Shown here: in pieces, positions 14,031 to 25,446 of the stretch | Position numbering within the stretch: position 1 is the stretch's first letter | Layout: each line of letters starts with the position of its first letter | NCBI GenBank assembly: GCA_965644295.1 | Contig: CBFFRP010000134.1 | Span: forward strand, 62,001-126,000 | DNA: 64,000 bases | Reading direction: 5' to 3' | From: Paraphysomonas bandaiensis | Lineage: Eukaryota > Protista > Chrysophyceae | Program-made: the position numbers and the translations under genes | The notes under the pieces: model-generated | The model's database searches: none | What the model was told of the DNA's origin: nothing | What the model saw: the letters and a program-made list of their open reading frames with translations, nothing else

Positions 14031-17000
14031 ATGGAGAGTGTGGAGAAGCTATTCGCTGATCCAGTAGAGGAGGAGGGTAAGACCCAGGAGCGTCTGGCAC
14101 TGGAAGAGAACCCGTATGATATGATCAGAGAAAGCATTCAATTTCAAGTCAATGAAGTGATGTGGATGAATGAGGTGAATAGAAGACAAGCGGATATTCC
14201 TAAAGGAGATAGTTCATCGTCAGTATCGAGTGAAAGTAATCGGTGTATTGTGTGTACACTGCCTCTTGGGACTTGTCCGCATACAGTCCCTTGGCTCAAA
14301 TCAAAGGAACATTCCGCACTGTTATCTTCTGTGGATAGCGAGATAGAGCAAGTCCTTGGGGTACTTGATTCTTCTTTTAAGGTGGATACGGCCCCGCAAG
14401 TGGAAGACATTGATCTAGATTCCATAAAATGGGCACAACATACTCCACGCATGGCCGACAAGATTGGTAATAAACTGTTTGCTTATACGTACAGCATTTA
14501 TTGTGTTGTAGGTGACACATTCTTGCCTCTTAGTCTTCCACCGGAGCGTGGGTGGCATTCCATGGTACAAGTAGGAAAGTTTATAGTACTGTTCGGTGGA
14601 CTCCGATTCAAAGATAGCTTTGCAGTGCCCCAACCATTTACCACAGTCACGCGCCCAGACGAAGTGGAATACCTTGCTGATATGTATATATATGACACTG
14701 AAAACCTTTCTTGGCATATTGTAACGCCTGAGGATGAACGCCCCGGTGTAGTGCGCTCCTGGCCTTGCCGAAGATACGGTGAGATTTATATTTATTGTGT
14801 CTTAAATACCTTCCCGTGATATTTTTTTCTGTACAGCTCACTCGGCGACAGCACTTGACAAGTATCGGATGCTTCTCTTTGGAGGGCGGGGAGAAGGCGG
14901 TAGATACCTGTCAGACACTTGGATATTTTCACTGGTCACCTATTCATGGACGGCAGTTAGCAATCCGCAGCGATCTGATATGCTAGACATGTCAGTACGT
15001 CCCTCCCCTCGTGCGTTTTCCGCGATGGCTTCCTCTCGTTCTGCCCGCTGCGTGGTACTCTACGGCGGCACTAACGGAGAGGAAAACTTCGGGGATATAT
15101 GGCTGTTTAAGTGGGGTGGGAAATCTTTTGAATATGAGGCGGAGGATGGGGCAGTGGATACCCGACCAAACACGAGTTCTGTATGTGTGGTGGATGGGGT
15201 GGACGATCCCATGACTAACGGCTGTCTAGGACCGTACGTATCGGATATGTACTGGTCTCGCGGTGTCACTGTCGGTGGCGGGTCTCCCCCTGCTGCTAGA
15301 TATGGTCATCGACTACTAGCCATTCCGCCCCGTCCCGGCTGGGAGCGAACTTCTAAGAATATATTCGCCCACACTACTAGTGGGGAGCCAGGCACGAAAC
15401 TTAGGGATGGAACATTTTTGGCTGTGGTAGGTGGGTGCTGTGTCAGCCCAAGTAGGGAGCTGGAGGGCCGCAAGAATAATGCCGGTAGTGGTGTTATGCC
15501 CCCTAATGAAATTAACGCACTACTGAAGCTCAGCCACCAACTGCAAGTGGGTGTTGTATTGTGCTTGCATTCTAGGCTTATGATGGTTTTCAGGACAAAT
15601 ACGAGGCGGAAGGTGGTCTTTCTGCAGTAGCGGGTCAAGAAATCATGTCGAGATTAGAGAGAATAGAAGCCATGTGTGGAGTATCACACAATGGTCGCTC
15701 TATCGGGAACGCACTGTTTGATGTGAAAGAAGTTCATCGTAGAGCTGCTGCAATTACTGCAAGGTGAAATCTGAGTATATCTCGTCAGCTATCTTTATAA
15801 GTACTTTAGGATTGCCGAAATGGAATCGGAAACGCGAACTCTTGAGTCTGACCTGGCGGAGACGTGGTTCAAAGCTCAGGTGCGGTATTGCAGCACTGCT
15901 GCTTTGATATGACCATCTCATATTATGTAGGCATCCTCAATGGCAATACGTAACACATCCTCCCATCCTTCCTCTGCAATAGGTGTTCATTTTCTCTGTG
16001 TGGACGATATGGCATGGGTTCCACAGGTTCATCCGAAAATACGTGGAGACATCCCTCTGAGCCGGATGCACTTCGGCAGCACTGTTCTAGGCGACTACAT
16101 CTTTGTCTTTGGCGGATTGAAACCGACAGCGTTATCATACAAGTTAGGGTGATTTTGTTGATATATCTGTTGTACTTATAATTTTTGTCAGAATGGTTGA
16201 GGATAAATATACTACTCTTTATGCTCTGGATCTCAACACTCTGGTTTGGAGTCAGCCAAACCCCATGGACCGGGCGAATTATCTTGATGGTCCACTCCGG
16301 GTAGCACAAGCAGACATCTCCCGAGCACAGGAGCGTGTTGCAGTCGAACGTAACAGAGGAATTGCAGCAGGTGCGCGCGAGGGGGTTACAGCAGAGCTTG
16401 TAGAGGCGGAAACGATTCTGAGGGTCTGTAGGTGATTTCCATAATATTTTTACTTTTCCCCTTCGTATTAAACATGCATGGATGTAGATGGCGGAAAACC
16501 ATGTTGCTAAAGGAACAGGAGGAGTTGCAAGACCCTCCTTTAGCGGCATGGGGATATGGTGTATGCATGGTAGCAGCTGCAGGGAATCGCGACTGGCTTG
16601 GAAGCCGGGCGCTCATACATGGGGGATGGAATGCGTACGGTGGCAGAGGTGGCGTTAATTTTAAGCCAGTGGCGGAGGGTTCTTTTACTCGAAGCAGAGC
16701 AGACAATGGCACGGACTGCTCAATAATATTAGACGTGGAACAGGTCTGTTATAGTTATATGAAAGTGTAGTTGTACACAATAATATGGACGCCAGGAGCT
16801 GGAGAGGAGAAGGCGACTGGAAGAAGAGTTTCATGCCAAGCTTGAGAGAGAGAGGTATTGTTCAACTATCATATTTGACTGGTCAGAAGTTGATGGCATC
16901 GGATTAGGCGCGAGGAGGAAAGCCGTGCTTTTCAGATGGAGATTCAGTCATTATTTGAGCTTCGTATGGCACAGAAGGAAGAAAAAGAGCGACAGCAGAA

Positions 17001-18347
17001 GGAATTGGAGAAAATGGAAATCGAGGATGTGAGATAATTAATGTGTAGTTGGTATTAACTAATTGGTATCGCAGTATTTAAGCTCATTGCCACCGCTGTC
17101 TAAACCTAAACCGGTATTTATTATGCTGTTATATGTATCTATAATTTCACTGCGTGCAGGTTCAGCTCGTGAAAGCCAATGAACATACAATATGGGTAAA
17201 GTGGGGAAGGTAAGGAGTGAATCGAAAAGAACATTTTGTATGAGCTCATCACAATCATAGATCCGTCACAAACTCTGTGGGGAAAATGCTGCGACCAGGA
17301 GCAGTCACATACTTTCTGTACATGTCTGGGGGGTTTGTGCTCTTTAACATCGGCGATAGAGTCGAAGTGACCCCCCAGACTGATATAACTCGGGAGCCCA
17401 GTAAGGAAACCGAACCGGAGGAGGAGGATGACATATTTGGCCACAAGAGTGGCAGTGAGAGTGATGAAGAGAGCGACGACGAAGATATCTCTCAAGGACC
17501 ACTGAAAAAAGTCGTATATATCCCGAAGCGACTACAGTGTCTTCCGTATAAAGGGGAAATTATAGGGGCGAAGAAGTATGTCTTTGAATCTTTTGAAATA
17601 CAAATGCCTCCTGACTTGACTGTTTTTTGTAGGGGTACAGGCTGCTTTACGATTCGGGCTGATGACGGGAGGATAGAGAAGAATGTACACCGATCATGCC
17701 TATGCTTACTTCGTGAAGAAGAAGATAGCGCTAGTGACACTGACAGTCCGAATTCTAGAAAAAAACTGACTAAGCGTCAAATCAGTTACCGAAAAGCCAG
17801 GGAAGTTACTAAAAGCGTTAAAAGAGCGGTATGTATTGAGCTTTCTGAGAACTTCAATGACGTGTGTAATTTCCTGTAGACTGAGCAAGCTTTGGCATCT
17901 GCCCCGGGCAACAGGCTAGGCCCTGAGTGGCGGTTGATATATAAAGGTGAGGACGCAGAGTATGCGGTGCAGGGGATTGTTCCGTGGGATGTACTCCAGT
18001 CCGAGCCGGGCATTACTGTAACTGTGAAATTCTGTCTACGGACTATAGGTGTAGATTTTCCAGAGGATGAGTATAGTGATGTCAGTGATGTATCTGTTTT
18101 CTCTACGACATGGTCGAACTTAGAGATTCAGGAAGAGGAGTCAGTGTGTGATGAGAGTACACTCCAATCGCCGCAGTCCAGCTCGATGCGATCATATTCC
18201 ACAACGTCACGCTTACCTGCTAACAGCAAGATGAGTAAATCGAAAAAAGAAATCATATCCGCTGTTCTGGATGGCCAGCGCTCAGTACAACTGGAACGGT
18301 GGAAGGATGTTGTTAGCTCAGAAGGAACGTTTGATACATTCTTATAG
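14031..18347 (+). CDS. Kelch-repeat protein with coiled coil and C-terminal FN3-like/Tudor-like region, ~15 exons
   Basis: Kelch motifs (RGWHSM..VLFGG, LLFGGRG, VLYGG, RYGH, IFVFGG, LIHGG) are joined by ~50-nt GT-AG introns. There is an E/R-rich coil, and FN3-like strands (TIWVKW, WRLIYKG..EY.V). Confidence 0.75.
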
Positions 18348-18527
18348 TATGAAGTAGTTATCTTACACGCGATATGTCATATCTGTTTGTTTAATGTTCT
18401 GTGCGTAACAGTGTAATAATGTAACTTTATAATGTAGCAGTTCTCCTGTAGCTTATTTTTTAACTTACAGCAGCTGTACTTATCATTGCATTTTTTTATG
18501 AATTTCCAGTCAAGGTTAGGTGCTTAG

Positions 18528-19031
18528 TAGTGAACGTCTTATTATTAGCAATCGACGTTTAAGAGTAAGTGCTTAACTCTGATATCCTCCTACTTTCTAC
18601 TCAACGCTATGAATGCTGCTTGTGCGTAACCGCAAGCACCAAGGTGCAACCACTTTGGCTCTATCGCTCAAAGCAAACGCAGTGAGCAAGCAAAATGTTA
18701 ATATGATATACTTTTGATATCTGCTGACTTCAGTACCAAATTTGACATTTTATGAGTTTGGAGTCTTTAAGGTGAACTTTCCGGATGATTGACTTCAGCA
18801 GGCAGCCCAATACCCCGGATACCCCGGATACCATTGAGGTGGGCCCATTATACCCGGATGGCTGTTTATTTGTCAAGGCCCAAAGACGTCTACACAAGTA
18901 ACACTTATTAGCAGAACGTTATAATATCTGCTGACGATATATGCGACTCATGTTAGTTTTCCCTAAAGAATCCTCCCCGGTACTTATCCCCCAGAACACC
19001 ACAAAAAGGTGCGAGTCTGACTTTGTCGAGG
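18528..19031 (-). mobile_element. Short non-autonomous retroelement copy 1 (5' HDV-like ribozyme candidate, LINE-shared 3' tail)
   Basis: Colinear with the copies at 23093, 24591, 48743, 50415 and 58396. Flanked by GGTG(C/T)TTAG (18519-18527 and 19032-19040). Confidence 0.8.
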
Positions 19032-19208
19032 GGTGTTTAGAACTACACAAATGTGAGAAGTAAATATATATATATGTCTAAGTCATCGCTATTTATGTTC
19101 AACTCCACGGTTACGACATTCGAAATTACCTTTTGGCTAAAATATCACCACATACATGTGGAATTTTCCGTCGCTAGAACTGCATAACTATAACTTTACG
19201 ATGTTATT

Positions 19209-19502
19209 CAGGGCATGCTGGTAACCATTAATGGTTATGCTATTATTATTGCGGGGACTTTTTATTATTATTGTGGGAAACTGGCACCCACTTATGAGCC
19301 ATTACTCGTATTTAGTGGTATTTTATATATGCTATATAACAATAACGAAGTGATTTTAAGATATGGTGTCTCCTTTATTTTTCGAAAAAGCTCTACACAA
19401 TGTTCATGCAACTCTCCGGCTACTACTTTTTGTGGTATCTTCGCGTATTATCAGCAACAAACGTAAAGGTCGTAAATAGTTTCGTGAGCAACAACGTACT
19501 CA
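19209..19502 (+). mobile_element. hAT-family left-end fragment
   Basis: Begins CAGGGC..CTGGTAACCATTAATGG and aligns with 39632-39950, including shared AATGTTCATGCAACTC and ATAGTTTC.TGAGC. Confidence 0.65.
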
Positions 19503-20123
19503 ACAATTAAAGTGCCAGAAATAGTGGGACTCATCAATCATCAAATAATTTTTATACACATACAGCTTTCTTCTAAACCTCAGGATTACCACTAATTATT
19601 TAATTGTTCTTGACATTGCCAAGCAACAACACAACAAGGGTGCGATATAATTCAAACAAGTTATCTTAGTTAACATAACCGTGCAAAGATTAGCAAAGCA
19701 GAAGGATTATTATGATGACAATGAAGAGAGAGATTAATTATATCTGAATACACATGTATGCAGTATACAGGTTATGAATTGGAATGTAGGATATTCTACA
19801 TCTTTGAGACGAGGTAGTGGCATATGACATTGTGACACCGAAATTGGTATGATGGGATATTAACAATATACATCCCGTGTCGTAACCGTAGCAACAGTAA
19901 CACTGACCATATATATGCTACTACAGACTCCCTAGCATTGGGTTTCGACCAAATAGGACTTTCTACAGTTTAGGTAGCTATAGATGGGAGTCAGTTTACC
20001 ATCAGTTTATTACACCATATATCAACATCCTGACGGTCTGCGGGTATTAACAAACACTCACAACACTTCACATCATGTCGAAGATAGCTAGATTTAATAA
20101 CTATTGGTTCGAAAGAAACAGAG

Positions 20124-21280
20124 TTAGTTGTGTCCCCCCCCGCCTCCCTGATGCTGCCACGTGCTGGAACCCTGCATCAAATACGAGGGTACCTGCGCTG
20201 ATCGACCCGGCTGCTGTTGCGCGTAGGAAGCGTAGTCTTGCGAAGTTGATTTTGACGCCGCGGAGTTGAGCAGAGGAGTAGATGATGCCCCTGATTTGTC
20301 CGACAAATTCTTGAGGAGGTGCGCTAGCCACCGTTGCACAGCTTCCTCGGACCTAATCACATCCCCGAAAGATTGGTCAGTAAGAGCCTCCGGTAAACAC
20401 TGGCGAAGTGCCTCACGCGCCCTCGGGTGCTCGGATAAACGAAGATAGCATCGAACAATGTGCTTGAGGAGTCGTACGGAAGGGTGCTCCAATAGCTTCG
20501 TCACCATACCTGAAAGCACTGTACTCACGGCGTAAAATCGCTCGGCAGTTGTACATATATATGTTAGTCCAGTTTCATCGAGCAGGATCTTCTGTACAAT
20601 AAAAGTTGCCACGGTTTTTGAAAGTTCCGACCCAGTCTCCATGATTCGTAGACACAGTGGAATTATTTCTGTCTGCAACAAGAAGCTCACCACATCCGCA
20701 TCATCCACCTATCCACCGCACATATGAAGGAAAGTAAAGAGGGCTACAATAATCACACCTTCACAAGGGCACCTATGACTCCCAGTGAAGTAAGGCGCAA
20801 ATATTCAAAAGGTCTTTGCCTCGATACAGTGTTCAGAAAAGGATATAGATATAAGGGAATATGTGCTGACAGAGAATGTCAAGTGCTGCATCACTGGTCA
20901 TAGGCCGACTTACCATTCATTAATTTCGACTTAGTTTCACTATGAGATGCCACACATTGCAACAAAGCGAGTGCATTGCACACTCTGTTACTTGCATGTG
21001 GAGTCAACGTGGGTGGAGAGAGCAGCGGATATATGTTCAAAATTTCTTGTATGAGTGCAGCAATAGTCCCAAAAGAGTGCCATAAGACGGGCGCTAAATC
21101 AGGAAATGCTTCTCTTTTTTTACTTAATTCAAGCAGTGCTGATTCCCGCTATACGATATTATCATACACAGCTACTACAGATATGATTGTATATATGCTC
21201 ACCTGCTCCGCATTAGTTAGCTGTAATACCAAAGGATGCAAGTCCTTGATGTCCTCTTTACTCATTATATCTTTACTCAT
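20124..21280 (-). CDS. CNOT9: CCR4-NOT subunit 9 (Rcd1/Caf40), 4 exons
   Basis: Motifs [46 protein letters not shown] and [30 protein letters not shown]. Start at 21280 or 21265 (duplicated ATGAGTAAAGA). Confidence 0.95.
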
Positions 21281-21438
21281 TATACAAGGGTCAGTGCTCA
21301 ATGGATCCAGATAGTTGAACTATTTCTAACTCTGTGTAAGTTATATGCCTAGTTGGTTATCTATTAATAACATACACTCCTGCACCCTCCTCTGAATATA
21401 CACCATAACTAAAAACAACACCACCTCCTCCTCATATA

Positions 21439-21615
21439 CCGGGGGTGGTTGTGCATATCGATTTCATCGATTTGTTCATCGTTTATTTCATCGAAAAATC
21501 ATCGTTTTTTCAGTGAAGAGTGAAAAAAAGTGACTTTTTAATGAAAAACCGATGACTTTTCGATGAAATAAACGATGAACAAATCGATGAAATCGATATG
21601 CACAACCACCCCCCG
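21439..21615. mobile_element. 177-bp palindromic MITE with TA target duplication (Tc1/mariner-type)
   Basis: Arms of about 74 bp, C(C/G)GGGGGTGGTTGTGCATATCGATTTCATCG..., form an almost perfect inverted repeat. TA flanks both sides. Confidence 0.85.
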
Positions 21616-21635
21616 TATACAGAGGACCAAGAATG

Positions 21636-21636
<1 letters not shown>

Positions 21637-21667
<31 letters not shown>

Positions 21668-21683
21668 TGTATGTATGTATGTA
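21637..21683. repeat. (TATG)n microsatellite
   Basis: Tandem tetranucleotide repeat read directly. Confidence 0.95.
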
Positions 21684-21960
21684 CGTATATATGAGTACGA
21701 GGTATTAATATACGTATTTCTTTCTTCTGTATTATGTTCGTATAAACAAAAACAAAATACAGGCCGTTTCACTTTTTTGATATGTGGATAGATACACACA
21801 TACATATGCACGCGTACCATAACATGCATCTCAAGGTACGCCAAACTCCCATATCTCCTACGTGCATTAAACTGTAGCATCATATATACGATTATAATAA
21901 TATTAACTCTTATATCTCCAACCATTTAAATTACGAGTAGAGTACGAATATATTTTAACC

Positions 21961-22522
21961 ATGCACAGTGAAATAATTCAACCTGGTCAGCCTATTATTG
22001 AGGTGTTTCTTCCGACTTATCGAATGGAGCCAGATGAGGATGAGAGGTGCGTAGTTGGATACTGTTTACTGCACACTTTGATATGTTCATCCTAGATTTT
22101 ATCCGTCTGTTGCTAAGAAGATTGCAGAAGAAATCGTGCAGGCAGAGCTCAATGATCAGGAATACGATGAAGAGGATGCGAAGACATGGTCTCTAATTAT
22201 TGGAGATAAAATCAGAGATGCTGTGAAAAGTACGTGTGAGATTTTACAGAAAAAAGAGTTGTAGTTACGAATTTCGTTTATTGTATTCAGAAAATATGAA
22301 TATCCCGAGATATAAAATAATTGTTCAGAGCACAGTCGGACAACTTCGAGATCAGGGAATACGGATTGCGTCGCGGTGCCTATGGGATGTGTCTACTGAT
22401 AACTATACCTCTGTTTCGTACACCAATGTAAGAATTATTCATATTCGTCTGCTGCTTTGCTTACCATTCTACAGCAAACGATATTCTGTAACGTTTTGAT
22501 ATTTGCGCTCTACACGGATTGA
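21961..22522 (+). CDS. Tctex-1 family dynein light chain (TCTEX1D/Tctex2-like), 4 exons
   Basis: The spliced product reads PTYRMEP...F.PS..K.I....L....YD...PRYKIIVQ..GQ..DQG.RIASRCLWD..TDNY.S..Y.N..IFC..LIFALY. It has three GT-AG introns. Confidence 0.92.
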
Positions 22523-22975
22523 TTGGCCGGATTGTCTACAGCACACCCTGATGTAGTTGTAGTAGTGCTGCCGAAAAACATCTTGCTTTTCAACGGTTGT
22601 ATTTAAATCGTGTATGTTATGTCTGCGTATAATAAGATTGAATAAATTGATCACAGGCGCTCACATTATTTTGCTGTTAGTCCTGACCCCTACATCTAAC
22701 ATTTAAGTACACTCACTGAAATTCTGTAACCTTACCTCTCTAAATGTTGCGCTATATCTTACGCACTACCATCCGTATAATGTGCTATCAGCTACATTAA
22801 TGAGTCAATGTTCAAGAACTACAACCTTTTAGTCACCGTAACGGCAAATACCAGATACTAGCACAAATTCAAGAAATATGTAACTCAGCTTTGATTGTGC
22901 ATAAAATGCCTTTCTAAAACAATGAACATCGTGTATATTCGACTTAGTGTAATGTATCCATGCATAAGTATAACT

Positions 22976-24550
22976 TATTCAAATCCACTGCAGTCTGACC
23001 TCGCGTGGACTACGCACACTAGAAAATGCGGTAGTGAGAATACTTCAATCTTCAATCACTATTTGCAGCGGCTGTCAAGCAGATGCTCCAAGTAGGGAAT
23101 GACTAATTATTTGCAATAGGCGTTTAAGAGTCAGAACTAATATAACTAACTAGAGTGCTTAACTCTGATATTTTACTTCTCTTCGCTACGAAAGCTGCTA
23201 GTCTGTAACCGCAAGCACCAAGGCGCAACCACTTTGGCTCTATCACTCAAAGCAAATGCAGTGAGCAAGAATAATGTTAATATGTTAGGATTGTTGAATA
23301 CTTGAAGTGAACAGCCTGGATGCTTGGCTTCAGCAGGCAGCCCAAATCCCCGTTTACCCTTCGTCAGTGAGCAAGCAGAATGTTGATTACCTGACATTAA
23401 ATTTTGTTACCTTCAGAATTTTTGAGGCCATAAGTGAACAGCCCGGATGCTTGACTTCAACAGGCAGCCCAATACCCCGGATGCCCTATTTATTCGTCAA
23501 GGCCGAAATATGCCTACACAAGTTACACGTATTAGTGTTTCTTGGACCAATCAAGCATTTTTTGGCTATATATGAGTAGGCAGAAAATTATCTGCTGACT
23601 ATATATGTGGCTCACGTTAGTTTTACCCGAAGAAACCTCTCCGGTACTTATCCCCCATAACACCACGACAAAGAGCAAGCCCGACTTTGTTGAGGGGGAT
23701 GTTCCAAGATTGCAGTCAATGCTACGCTGCTTCCTCCCAGAACACGTAGTAAGCAATTCGGCGAAGACAACCGCGGGACCTCCGACTTCTAGGAGTGACA
23801 AGACCGTCTGTGCCCTGCACACTCAACCCCACCCCTGGCAAACAGCTCTCTTCAAAATTTGTCCTCTAACGTATAAATCCCCCAACTTCGGAACCGATGA
23901 TGCCTCAGCAGAGAATCACAGCTGGGCGAATGAACACACATCTTACTCTTCTAACACTGTCACGCCCACACACACTCAAGCCCAAACGTAGGCGGCTCCA
24001 CCAGCTCTACTTACGTCCAAATCATACACTGCAGCCGGCGCCGCCCCGAGACTCTACAGATTCTACGCCCCTACATCGCACCATCCAACTCTCTAACATC
24101 TACATAACTCTGACCCTCCCTTAAGCTTTGCTCCGCAGACTCCTACCCCAAAAAGCGTCCCCCTGATTAACCGCACCTTAACACCGAAGGACTACACATC
24201 CGTGGGAAGCTCCCACACTTACTCAAGAGCGAAAATGGTTGCACCTTTGTGCTTGCGGTGATGCCTTAAATAGTAGAATATCAGCGTTAAACACTAGTTA
24301 GTTAACTTGTTTTGCTACATCACTGCATTAGTGCATTAGTGCCAATTCTAATATTCTGTCCTTATACTACATAGTAAATAATTGCCAATTAATGCAACTT
24401 TCCAGCGAGCAATTATTACATATCTTCCATGCATTTTAGTTGCAATTCAATTAATTGTTACACATTCCTGCTAGTTAGTTGAATTAATCCCGATTCTTTA
24501 ATGTCAATTGTCTATTGTTAATAAGAAGACATTCACCACTACTACTACTA
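22976..24550 (+). mobile_element. Old 5'-truncated LINE 3' fragment (interrupted by retroelement copy 2)
   Basis: Decayed frames end PKRRRLHQLYL...YPKKRPPD*, paralleling RRRRLRQLHL...YPKGRPPD in the LINE at 41033-42235. They are followed by the shared 3' tail (GGTTGCACCTTTGTGCTTGCGG...AAGACATTCAC) and a (CTA)n end at about 24538-24551. Confidence 0.65.
23093..23697 (-). mobile_element. Short non-autonomous retroelement copy 2
   Basis: Family alignment, with an internal duplication of the GTGAACAGCC.GGATGCTTG.CTTCA.CAGGCAGCCCA module. TSD GATG(C/T)TCCAAG at 23082-23092 and 23698-23708. Confidence 0.82.
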
Positions 24551-24590
24551 CAAATACTAGCACAAATTCAACAAATACATAACTTAGTTT

Positions 24591-24677
24591 CCTTCAACAA
24601 AGTCGGACTTGCACTTTTTTGTGGTGTTCTGGGGGATAAGTACCGGAGAGATTCTCTCTGGGAAACTAACGTGAGCC
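24591..24677 (+). ncRNA. Candidate HDV-like ribozyme at retroelement 5' end (also 58718-58805 on -, ~18945-19031 on -, ~23609-23697 on -)
   Basis: Element order is P1/P2/P3-L3-P3'/P1'/GG/P4/CTAA/P2', as in HDV-type nested double pseudoknots. P1 has a 2x2 mismatch, and activity is untested. Confidence 0.6.
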
Positions 24678-25058
24678 GCAAACATAGTCAGCAGATATTC
24701 TTCTGCCCACTCATAGCCGAATGCTTGTGTGGTGCAAGGGACACCAATAAGTGTCACTTGTGTAGACGTCTTTGGGCCCTGACGAATAAACAGGCATCCG
24801 GGAATGGGCCCACCTGAAGGGTAACCGGGGTATTGGGCTGCCTGCTGAAGTCAAGCACCCGGGATGTTCACCTTAAGAACTCAGAACAGAAGTGGTTGCA
24901 CCTTGGTGCTTGCGACGACGCACAAGCAGCTTCCGTAGCGTTAAATAGTAGGATTAAAAAAGTGTGTACTGATTAGTTACAGGTAGAGGTCTAACTAGTT
25001 TGTCTAGAATTCATCTAGCTACTAAGTTGGTGCTGGTTTTTAATAATAAGACTTTCAA
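24591..25058 (+). mobile_element. Short non-autonomous retroelement copy 3 (intact 5' end)
   Basis: Starts CCTTCAACAAAGTCGGAC immediately after ATAACTTAGTTT (24579-24590), which recurs at 25062-25073 as a 12-bp TSD (17 bp with one mismatch). Confidence 0.85.
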
Positions 25059-25446
25059 TATATAACTTAGTTTTGGTTGTGCACAAAATGCCCTACTAAA
25101 ACCAATGAGCATCGTGTATATGCGTATATGCGGATACAACTTTGTATGGTGTATTCATGTATAAGTACAAAATATATAGCATGAATTGTCACAAAACTCA
25201 AGAGCAGACATCAGACATGAGGTTACCGTAACTATGTTTGGCTTTCTGAATCCACTACACTAAGGTATTACATTTATTCGACAGCACTTTGTTGCTAGTA
25301 ATCATAGGGGTTTCAGTGCTTCAGTACAGGATATATTCATTATTAACAATAATATTCAAATATATATATGAAAATACCACCACCACCTTTTCCATCTGCT
25401 AGATTGACATCACGATATTTATATATCTAAATTAAATACTCGAGTG

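Noticed and set aside
23093-24320. Apparent large inverted-repeat (DIRS or DNA transposon-like) element
   Set aside because: Explained by a minus-strand short element with its own TSD inserted into a plus-strand LINE fragment that shares the same 3' tail.
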